In this document: in pieces, positions 10,796 to 22,400 of the stretch
Layout of the letters: the number at the start of each line of letters is the position of its first letter
Numbering within the stretch: the stretch's first letter is position 1
Assembly (NCBI GenBank): GCA_002633005.1
Contig: NMRA01000066.1
Coordinates: 186,001 to 250,000, forward strand
Direction of reading: 5' to 3'
Length of the DNA stretch: 64,000 nucleotides
Origin: Phoronis australis
Taxonomy: Eukaryota; Animalia; Phoronida
Position numbers and translations under genes: made by a program
Notes under the pieces: generated by a model
Told to the model about the DNA's origin: nothing
The model's input: the letters and a program-made list of their open reading frames with translations, nothing else
Database searches by the model: none

Positions 10796-13400
10796 GTTTT
10801 TTGCGTTTAGAACACAGATCTAGGTTCTCCTGTCTGTATTTCACGGAAGAATACTTCCAATTTATCTCCGAACAGACACCAAACTCCTGCTTCGGACCTT
10901 GGTAAATTGGTCTGCCGAATTTTGTAGGCTACGGTGTTTCTAAATACTAGTAAATCCGTAACAGCAAAATTAAACAACACGTTCTTATAAGAATTTGGTT
11001 TATTTTTAAGGGTTTTACATCAAAGTTTGATGATTTATTGGTGTTAAATATTGAATTCAAGCGATAAGCTGACACCACTAACCCGTGTTGTGAACTGCTG
11101 AACAGACTGCGTGTGAAACCAATTACGCCATTGGATAATTTCAACACCTCCGTCTGCCGTCAGGTGGCGGGTAACGCAGCCGAACGTGCCGTTATAGAGT
11201 AGAACTACTCGATCTAAATTGCCTACAAAAAACGTTGTTTTTTTAGGTGGCATTCTCCTTTAACTGCGCTGTTTACGTCGATGCTCCGCTCAGACTAGAG
11301 TTAAGTCAATATGAAAGNAGAACGCGTCTGGCGCACGTCAGGTTGATCATCCTGGTAGAAGTTTACTGAATGTGTCTAAAATATAGATTTTCGGGAACAA
11401 CAATCTTAACGAGCTGTGTCACATGATAGAGCGACCTCGTCAAAGAAAACATTATTTGGGCATAGGTCGCGAATGGACCTCACTTTTAGTGCAGCGAATG
11501 TGAAAGAAAGCATTGGTGCACGAGAAATTGTTAATTGATATTTCAAGACGTTTTAAAGACTGTGATTATGTTTACTACAAGCTGTATTCACACGACAATC
11601 AATTTATAACGTTGCTGAAACGTTTTGGCTACAATGTTTTAGGAAAAAACTTCAGACAGCAGGAGAGGAAACGTGTGGCTACCTCAATTGGAAAATGTGA
11701 AACTTATCGAAAATAGCGCTAGCACGTAATCACAGTGGTAGCTTCATCAAGCTGTCAATGGCCGGTCAATTTGCACCTCCGAGCCTATCTTTCGCTCTCA
11801 AAAATGTGTTTGTAAATAATGGAGAGCTGAACCACACTAACACAACTTTAGATATATGGCTATCACCCAAAAATGCAATGTAACATACATCATTCTGTAG
11901 ATATGCAAGTTTAGGCACTTGGCGCGGGAAATGTGTTCTCCATGACGTTGTCTTCTTCAGTCCCTTCCATAACCGACACTTGGGATTTTTCGCCGTCACT
12001 GTCCAAGTTGTGAAGACACATTGTATGGCCAAGAGCACAACTCGAAAGACACAGCATCAGGTTAGAAATCAATGTACATCGTGTCTAAAACTAAAGAAGC
12101 TAAGTTGATGCAATGTCGGCCAGTGTGGGCTACACGACAAATAAGCAGCCGGCGGCCATGTTTTCAGTCTACTCTATAGACACTGTGAGCTCTAGTTTAA
12201 GTACTTCCGGAGTTCCCGACTTTTTACTCTTTTTCTCATCAAAGCTTTTTGGCTTGAACTTAAATCTGAGTCCTTTTCACACTTCATGCCGCTAAATCAT
12301 GTTGACGTAGTTGAGTTGAATGGCAGCTGCCGAATAGGAATTTATATCGGCCGCGACGCGACACCATTCGCTTTTCTTTTTTCACTGGGAAAAAGCATTA
12401 TTACGTATGTGTGCCACATATCATAGACTATATTACATGCGCACTAACTACGACCAACACTATAAGCTGCGAAATCAGTATTTACTGCCAGCGCCTGTGT
12501 AATGTACGTTTTAGTTCCGGCGAGAACGTCATGTGTTCATTAATCGGAAGTTGAGTTATGCTTTGGAAGAGAATGGCTCCTCCTCTGAAAATTTCATAGG
12601 AAAATATTGTAGTTGCGGGTCTGTGTACACGTTGAAACGTTCCTGCTAAAATGCTTTGCTTTAACACGACAAAAGCGTTCTGACTGAACCTAAAAACGTT
12701 TCACTCTTAAGCCTTGATTTCACACAACGAATTAATCAAAACAATTTGAACTTAAAGCGTTTTAATTTAAAACATCCCAGTTAAACATTTTGAGATGTTC
12801 TTCTGAATGCAGCTACAGACTTAATAAAAAAATCACAAGAGCAGCAGAAGCTTCTTAAAAACAACTGAAAGTCAACAAAAAGGAAAATAACATAATTTTC
12901 AAAGCATAAAAACACCAACCTTTAAATTTATTACAAATAATGGGTTATAGTTGTACAAAATAGCAAAATATATCTATTTCTGTTGCTCACAGAAACGCTC
13001 GGGCGTTATTTGTGATATTTCGACTCGCCCGCTAAAAGATTGCACGAGGAGCAGTTGCATAATTTTCGCAATATGACAAACGTTAGCCAATACTCAGCTC
13101 TTTATACAGGCCACGGAAGAGTTGGTTCAACGACTAGACAAAGGAAATCTTTTCGTTGCGGACTTTGATTAGTCACGTACACGTAAGTGGCGAGATCGGT
13201 TATTTCCAATTTACTTCGAGAGTAGGAATCACATACCATGTTAACTAATTGAGGAAGGCAGTACAGCCGGTCTTTAAGTTTCGTTGCAGAAGAACTCTAT
13301 TGCTAGGCTAAAACATTGCACTTTTTCGAACGTCCCTCTATCAGCAGTTCTTGAAGAGAAAACGCAACGGTCGTCATCCGTTGATCCGAAGAATGCAGAT

Positions 13401-16400
13401 TTAAAATTTCTTTTTGAATCGGGACTTCTCAGCCTCTTTTTGTTGTTTGTCTTGCTGCTCCTTTAGTTTTTTCTGCTTTAACTTTTTCGCCAACATTTGA
13501 CGCCTGTAGATCTTTTCACCATTTGATAATTCCCTGTAAGAAGAATATGTGAATATATTATAACAAGACTTTGAAATAGCGCTGATTGGTTCCTGCACTA
13601 CATTCTCCCCTGTCAATAAGAAGACACAGAAAGCAATAATCAGGGTCTAGTTTCTCAGAGCTTCACTTGTTTTGATTTTCTGCAAAAAACCAGTTAACGG
13701 ATGGCCTAGCTTGTTTCATGAAAATCTGGATTACGCCGAACGTTAGAAAATGTGTCCATTATGTTCGAGACGGTCGCCTAGCTTTTCCGTTGCCACAAAA
13801 GCAAAAACAAGACGTGATTGTAAGTTCTCATAACAATGGAGGCAAGTTTTATGAAGTTTTGGTACCTGCATATGTTGCAAATTTTCTGTTTTTGTTACAG
13901 AAAAGACAAAATCGCTTCTGCTGAATTATCCCTGCCTAGGAAGACAAACAGAAGAAGAAAGCTGATGAGTGCCACCACATGTAGATTACGACAACATCTG
14001 AGACGTGTGACCAATGCAAGCGTATCTGCTGAAAGGATAATCTACTTGACTCACTGACTGAACACTAGATCAAAATAAATGTGGACGGCAATACCGAGAT
14101 AACGTGCCGCGGACCCAACACAACCGTGATCTCGTGCTTCGCTTGTAATGCGTGGGGGTATCTAGTGAAGATATGCCTGACCTTGCGTTTCCAAGATTTG
14201 AATAGGGGTGTCCGAGACTAGTTTCGCCCCGTTTTCCGTAGAAAAGAAATAAGAATTTATGACAACCTGTTAGCTTCATTGAAAATCATTGGAAGACTTA
14301 AGAATTTTCAGGAGTCTGTTTGGGATGTGCAGTAGAGGACTTGACTGCGATTACAAAACTGCAGATTACATTTGAAGTGACCAGGTATCAAAGGCCGAGC
14401 TTTCTGAACTTTGCCGTTGTCTCACGTTTTATGCTTTCAATAACATCTCATGACAAGTCTTGTCAGCAATATAGATGAACAGAACAACCGATAAGTGATT
14501 GGTGTAAATATCTGTGCTCTCGTTCGTGTATATATGTACCTTTGCGTTCGTGCGTGCGCGTGCGAGTTTCTGCTCCAATAAATTTGGACAATATATTCCA
14601 ATGTTTAATAATTACGCTTTCACCACGAGCTGTTGAACATATGTCGACCTAGCCCTGCCATTAATAACTCCTAACAAGATTTAAGAATAATTAATAAATA
14701 TTGCATAGCCCTGAAGCGTGATGCACTACATGAATACCCAATAGTGAAACGTAATGCATCTTGCAAGAAAACCGAAAAGGAAATAAGAAACTTGCTAACG
14801 AGTGAAGAGTCCACTAATTTGAACTCACAAAGAACAAATATGTGATTTCCGACAAGTGGTATGGTAACTAAGCTGTACCTTGCTGTTGCAGGAAATGTGT
14901 CCAATTGCTGAGGCCAACCTAGGCTAGGTTTTCCCGAATCAGCAACAGTGCCCCCATCAATTAATTTTTGAAGTGAAACCTTATCATTGAAACAAGCATC
15001 AAAATCAATCTGATATGAGAAGGCGGGACTTGTTATCCCTTTGTCTATCGCGTCATTTACCAACTGCTAACAACTTACGCAAGATCTACTTCCCCGTCAC
15101 CGTCTGTATCTAAGACAGTTATCAAGTCATCTAACTGGGATGACGTCAGAGGAGCATCAACACCCTGGAATAGATTTCAAACAAATACAGTCACAGTGTC
15201 AAGTGAAAAATTCTTCTCTTTCAGCCTCCGAAGCTGAAAATGGGAAAATGGTATGCAAGACATTCGCGAGTAAATCTCTTCTCGTAAGAAACTTCCTCTG
15301 CGGAACACAGTCCACTTCACTTCCCAGATTCTGATTGGTAACCCGTTGTTTGTTCTAAACACTCCAGTCTTGAGTTAATAATACATTGAGACTCGGTTGT
15401 ATTTGTGACTTACAACAAGGGTCCGTTATAGCTGTGATTTATCGGCAAATAGCTACGAGTATGAAGTTTTCAAGCTATTTCAATACTTACAATGAGACCA
15501 GCTTTGAACTCGTCTCTACTGACACTGTTACTTCCGTCGGTGTCCAGCCTTTTGAAGAGATCAACGACACGCATGCCCTCTTTTGCCATGAAGTCGAACA
15601 AAACTTTTCGGGGATCGATGTCGACTATTCCATTTTTCGCGTGTTTCCTTAGTTCCCTTTTCTTTATTAAAGGCCCGTGTAATACTGTTATGTTTCGAAT
15701 AAACTTCAGCTTTTCAAGCGAGTCGTAAAATTCGTCATCAACAACGATGTCCTGTCAAAGATTAGAAAAATAGCATCAAATTATTAATAGTTTCTGAACG
15801 GTGATAAAACGCACACGTGTGAACGGAGATAAAACGTGCACGTGTGAACGGAGATAAAACCTACATGAGAAAAAGATTCAGAACAAAATAGAAATCTTAC
15901 ATTCTTTGAAGGCAGACAACTCATAAACAAAACAAAAAAATAGGGCAATTGAAAACAATCTCTTTGGGTTTCCTCAAGGTTTGGGACATATGTATCGCCC
16001 AATCTCCTGTAAAGAAATAGGAGGACAGGTTACGTATGAAGCTGTAATAGCGGCCACTTATTCTGGCGCAACTGAGGTAATTGTCAACAAGCCGTGCAGT
16101 AATACATGTGCTTGAAGCAGGCAAAGAGAGGTAAAAAGCCTTACCGTGAGATCTAGAAACTCGAGTTTTGATTGGCTGTGTTTCGTGATTATTCGTAGAA
16201 TTATCGTAGCGATTTGGGGTTGAAAGGGATTCTTTGCCAGCTGAAAGTATAATCACAAGTTATGTTAAAGAGAGAAAAAAAACAGTCACACAAACAAAGT
16301 GATGCGGTGCAGAATGCGCACCCCACTCTCTCTACACGTTCCCAAACATGGTACGGACGACGCTTAAAAAATTTTGATCCCAGTTCAGCCGAGGCCCCGG

Positions 16401-19400
16401 CGATCTATTATTGTTAACTACTGCGTCCTGAACCAGCCGACCACTGAGGAGTGCGCTCCGTATACCCGAAAATCTGGCGAAAATGCAAGATCACGCAGGA
16501 TCTCTCCATACACTATAAGCGAAATACATGATCACACTAGCTTCCTTTGCGAGATTCGTGCGACTACGGAATTCAACCCAGGCGATTCACGGGGCATTTT
16601 CTAAGCCAATGTCACTAGTAGAAGTGTTGTTGATTATGAAAATAACTAAGTTTGTACAGTACTTATGTAAACTGTTTGAATGTTAATCATTTCGCACCAA
16701 CAGTATCTAACCGAAAGGAAGTCTGGATGTCGCTGCGTTGGGTACTGCAATCGAGTTCGCCGTCGTATCATACTGGTTTAATAATTATAAGTAAATTGGA
16801 TCTTTCGTTACCGGCAGCCTTTGACAAAAGCCAACGGGGTTTATTATTTCCTTTTCATCGTGGAGATGTAATTTGTTTTAGGTATTGGCTGTAAGATACA
16901 TGTTTACGGACGGACTACTGAAATCTGTATGAAAACACCTGACATATCCGGGATAATTGCGGTAGCCCACCAAAGGCATCATTTTATTAAAATAATGATT
17001 TTAGTTTCAGGCACTGCGGCTGACTCCAAAGGTCAAATGTTAAATATTACGAATCTGGGACATGAGTGGACGCTTTTTAAGAATCCGCCCATAGTCAGTC
17101 CATCATATCATTAGTTAATGTAATCTGTTACTTCACTGCTTACATATGTTAGCCCCGCCCCTTATAATAGCAAGGTTTCACGATAGAATCCTATTTTGCA
17201 GGCACTGGTACTGTAATATTTGTTGACTGCCACTCCACAATTGTAATTTGAAGAAATCGACACGATTGAGCCATAATTGTCATTAGAAAATTCAATTACC
17301 TTTTATTTTGAATTACTATAAATTTGACTTGACTTCTCAGGGGTGACGTATTTTTTGATATGTTTTATGGGGAGTTAAACCAAACCATATATACCTTGAA
17401 CTGGTTAGAAAATTGCTTCGATAGTGTTTCGAGAACCAAATTTGCATTTGTTAAATGCTCGGCATCGTGCTGCAAATCACGTGTCCGTGCATCCCGGGCT
17501 GTGCAGATAACCTTGAACTGGTTAGAGTGATGCTGTGACAATGTTTCAAGAACCAAATTTGCACTTGTTAAAGTCCCGGCACCGGAGGCACCGTGGAGCA
17601 AATCACGTGTCCCTGCATCCCGGTCTGTGCACAGAATGAAATCGGAGTCCAACTCTTCTAGTCGGTGCGAACGTGGGGTCAATCGCCTCTGCCCTCCCCC
17701 TCGAAATCCATTTCTGAACAGATAGGTGGTTATCTTAAAGGCGAAGGCAACCTTTTTTCATGTCACTTTTAGCAAAAATAAGGTGCGTTGATTATCTTAG
17801 ACACATTTTTCACTTAATTACAGCTTTTCGTGATTTGATTAATTTCTCGTCCTCTACTCCGGAAGTGACGTTTTGGGAGGCAAGAGTTTCGCGCCAATTT
17901 CTTTTCATTATAGTCTGACTGTGGGGGCTGTCGAGTCAGTCATTGTTCTACCTCGGTTGTGATAAGTTCGGTCGTCGTTTGCTTTTGTTTACGAGTCAGT
18001 CAACATGCCACGCTGTTGCTGCGTGCCAGGATGTACTCATTATCGTCTCACACGCGCTTTGGGTACCTTGCATCGCTTTCCGAAGGATGAAACACTTCGC
18101 CGTACTTGGCTAGCTCGTTCATTTAAAGAACGCAGCGCTACCCGTCCACGCAACGTACAAAGCAGTGGAGGGTTACTGAGTGTGTGGCAAGCATTTTCTG
18201 CCATCAGATTACGACAGAAATGTGTACGCTGAATTGATGAAGGTCCCTGCAAAACAACGCCTGAAGAAGGGTACCATACCGTCGCTGTTGATTCCCGGCA
18301 GTGCCCCGTGGCCAACCCCGAGAAGTGCGTTTTTGAAGCGAGAAGCCTCGCGAGCTGTGGCCACTATATACAGTGACTGGTGGCACTTCATCTACTGTCA
18401 CCCGTGCCTCCGAACGTACCCCATGGCGTGCAATTCCGGGAACTAGCAGGGATTTGCCCTGTGCTGTTGTCTCTAGCCCAGAGCCTGTAAGCAGCCCTGC
18501 AGCGATGTTGAGTAGTAGGAGTGAATACAGGCCCAGTTCGACACCCAGTGACGAGGACAGTTCGTCATCCAATGAACAGATCGGTGAGCCTAAGTTTCAT
18601 AAGTTTATTTTGAACTCGTATTGGAGCTATTTAGAAGGTTCCAGGTGTGTGGCGAGGGAGTCACACGGCGGGATGTAAGCATTTTGGATGCTCAGATCAC
18701 CCTCCAGTGGGAGTGTGTCGCGGGACACTCGGGCAAGTGAGACAGTTCTTCCTCTGTACGTGAGACGATAATGAGTACGCAGCAACAGCGTGGCATGTTG
18801 ACTCACTCGTAAGCAAAAGCAAACGACGACCGAACTTATAACAACCAAGGTAGAACAATGACTGACTCGACTGCTCTCACACTCAGACTACATGAAAAGA
18901 AATGGGCGCGAAATTCTTGCCTCCCAAAACGTCACTTCCGGAGTAGACGACGAGTAATTAATTAAATTACGAAAAGCTGTAAATAAGTGAAAAATATGTC
19001 TGGGATAATCAACGAACCCTATTTTTGCTAAAAAAGACATGAAAAAAGGTTGCCTTCGCCTTTAAAATCCGATTATCGATTACAATCTATTATAAGCTGC
19101 TGAGGGCCCTGCTATCATCGATTGTGGATTTTGTCCCGATTCCCATCAATAGTTGATTCCATTATCCTATGTCAGAAATGGATCCTTAGAGGAATGTTGC
19201 TACGGAAATCTGGACATCGGGTTTTCTTTTTTATCGTGAGACTTAACCATGAAACAGCTTCAAGACAAAAAAATCTGTTTCATCCCGCACCAAAATTCCA
19301 AGCAATGGAGTCTCGTTCCAGTGCCAGTCTTACCTTGAGTGTTATTAAAGACCCGTTGAGCCTGTAACCCTTCAGTAAAGCACCAATAGCTTCTCCATGG

Positions 19401-22400
19401 AGACGATTGCACGTGAGATCAAGATGAGTAAGAGAGGTATTCTTGGTCAATGCGATGGCAATGGCCTCAGCTCCATCGAGGCCAAATCCATTCCACGACA
19501 GATTCAGATGAGTTATTGCACCGTTTCTCTACAAGAAACACAACTGAATGACTTTTTAAGTTTGATTATCATTATTATTACCGAGCACCAAAACATCAAT
19601 TGAAAATAGTTTCTACTTAGAGCAGCTGTAAGCCTGTGCTCCATCCAAGAAGAGATTATGTTTAGACTGTCTACTGACATAGATTTGGTCTCACTTTGTT
19701 CCTTTCTCAGAAGTAGTTGCTGAGTTCGCAAAGAACTGACATCTCGTTATTCCTTGAGACCGTGTGTTCGGCCCATAAAATGACAAGGTCGTGACAAGCC
19801 AGCTTGTAGAGCCTGGTCTTAAGTAAAAACAAACGAAGACCTGAAATCATTTCCGATTTGTCTAAGGAACAATTTGGTACCAATTTCAAAACAATTTGTT
19901 GCCGCGTTAATTACGTTCAACGCTCCACAGTGGTTGTTTGAAGAAGTTTCTGTTTAAGTAAAATCAAGTTATTGCACAACGCTTGCAAATTAACTAGGTA
20001 GTTTTCTCTTCACATAAAGTAAGCGTAATAACTCTTACGAAAACGCCCGCTTACTCAAGGTTTGAGCTGTGACTTAAAACTCTTTGAATATTCTTTACTC
20101 TCAAGTTAGTACAGGCCTAACTTTTTACTGAAGAAAACATATTCAGTAAAATGTCACGCCACTTTTCAATGCCCATTAATCTACATGTACCTGTAAACCT
20201 TCGGCTATAGCTATTGCACCCGGTCCGCGGATATGATTCCAGCTGAGATCTAGAACTTGCAACGTGTCATTCATTACTGAAATGAATATTTCAGATCACC
20301 ATTTCCATCTTATGCGATTTAAGTCCAGTGACAGTAACTGAGAACCGTCCAACAGACGGACTCAATCAAGTTATTTCGTTTTACTACATTTAAACATCCA
20401 CTTTCTACTGTGCTACTTTGTCGCGCGGATTCACGTTTTCACCCGAGTACACATCTGATTTCATAATTAATTATGCTTTTTGCAGATTTCCCATGTGCAT
20501 TTCAACATGCACCCTCGATTTCATGTTACCTTTGGTTCGCTAACTGAGGCCAGTAGAGAGAGATACCGACAACGGAAACTTAGCACTGTTGTTGTGTATG
20601 CATCATTTGAACTCATGATTCAACACCCCGAATAACCGCCCAATCATTTTTTAGTGACGGCCACTTTGCATGCTTTCACCAGGGAGATTCTGCGTCCAGT
20701 TTCTTTGGGTTAAATGACCAAGCTTGTGCAAGGTTGTTTAACCATTGTCTTTTTAATCCAATCCAGAAATTGCTTTACAATCTCTGTGACCAATACTTAG
20801 TCAGCCTATATGAGAACTATGAGCCAAACTTCAATAATATTTCCAATCTTGAATTAAAATATTACCTAAATAATGATAACTAGCTACGTTAGTCACTTTA
20901 GAGGCGTGGATTAACTTTGCATGATCGCAAAGTAGCCTCTGAAATTCATCCTAATCGACAGTGCTCATTGAAAAAGCGCACCCTAGCGCCCTCGGTTTCA
21001 ACCTCGGAGCAACTTTTGTTTGTTACCTAAAGCTGCGCCAATCGCGTCACCTCCGTTTTCTCCGAACTCGTTGTGACTCGCGATGAGTTCAATCAAGATG
21101 TAATTATTCTGTAAATATATGATGGTTTAAAATTTAATGTCACCTTTGTAGCGATGAAGTAATAATTAGGAACACAGATGCTAAGGACAAGCTGACTTGC
21201 ATTATACATGTATATAAACGAAGGACATTTTGATTTATCTAACGTATCGACTTCAGGCACAGACCTCAAAATCTAATTGACAACATTTCGTTGTTAAAAT
21301 GGGAAACCTAACACTTCTAAACCAGCCGTATGAAAATCGCTTTCAACGACGACTGTATACACTGCCTCCACCAGTTTAACCACATCACGTGACACGCTTC
21401 TTCTTTCGATTACAACACAATGTCAAGGCTTTGACTCTCATGTGTTAGCGCATGTTAAAATACCTTTTGGTAGTAACAGTGCAAGAAACAAAGAAGGATA
21501 TTACACATTGTGGGATTAGGAGAGCAAATTTGGAACATGACTTTATGATTGGGAGAGAAGTCCGAGACGTTGCTGAAGATCGCTTCGATGCATATTGTCG
21601 ATACAGTGTGATAGGTAAACAGCTCCTTGAGACTGTGGCGGGCGGGGCAAAAGGAGTAACCATGATAAGCCGTGCGAGTGTGAGACTTACTGCGAGTATA
21701 TCCGCGAGGTATTCAGCATCTTGGTCTTTTAATCCATTGTCTGTTACATGAAAGAGCGAAAAATAAGGAGGCATTGCATTAAAATGTTGTAACCTTACGA
21801 CCTTTTTAAGTAAATTTTAAAAAGTCAGTTTTTCTTTGAACGAAAGCTGAAACTTCTTTTCCTAAACAATAGTTGGAACTTGCCGTATCATCTTGAATCC
21901 CAGAGAGAGTCGTAACGGGTTTTGGTTGTCGCAAGTGAACATCGGATTTACAACCAAAAAGTTTACAAGAAAAAGGATTATTAACATTTCACAGAAGTTA
22001 AACGCGCGAAAGAAAACGTTTTATCCCTAGATCATAGACAAGAGATTTACAATTTCAACATTTTTAATGGAATTTTAAGAGAAGGCGTCATTCTTTTCCA
22101 ATGCATATCTCAACTTCCGGTTAGTGAGATATATCTGTGACGCAAAAGGACCCCACTCGACCAAAGGATTTACCATTAACAGGTGGCGCTGTTCGTATCG
22201 AAGATAAACCACAAACATGGGGAGCATTGTTGAGGAATGCAAGATTTTTAAAAGGCAGGCATCAGTTAATTATGATGATTAAGATAATAATGAATGGTTT
22301 ACACAACAATCCAAAATTCATCTTAAAGTCGCACATATTCTTTGTCGCAGTTCTGTAGAGACCTTGCCCTGGTAAATTTTTTTAAAAGCAAATTTAAACT

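Larger units (their letters stand above)
9535..11259 (+). mobile_element. Kolobok-type DNA transposon (internally deleted, non-autonomous) carrying a THAP remnant
   Basis: TTAA (9531-9534) + AGGAGAATGCCACC ... GGTGGCATTCTCCT + TTAA (11260-11263). This gives perfect 14-bp TIRs, AG..CT termini and a TTAA TSD, all Kolobok hallmarks. A THAP-coding remnant starts at 9698. Confidence 0.85.

Noticed and set aside
11318-11318. Single ambiguous base N
   Set aside because: An assembly ambiguity. It may mark a join, so local continuity should be treated with mild caution, but it is not a biological feature.
14671-15063. 130-aa ORF inside the last LRRC74 intron
   Set aside because: Non-ATG start, not in frame with the preceding exon, and no recognisable motif or supported splice pair.
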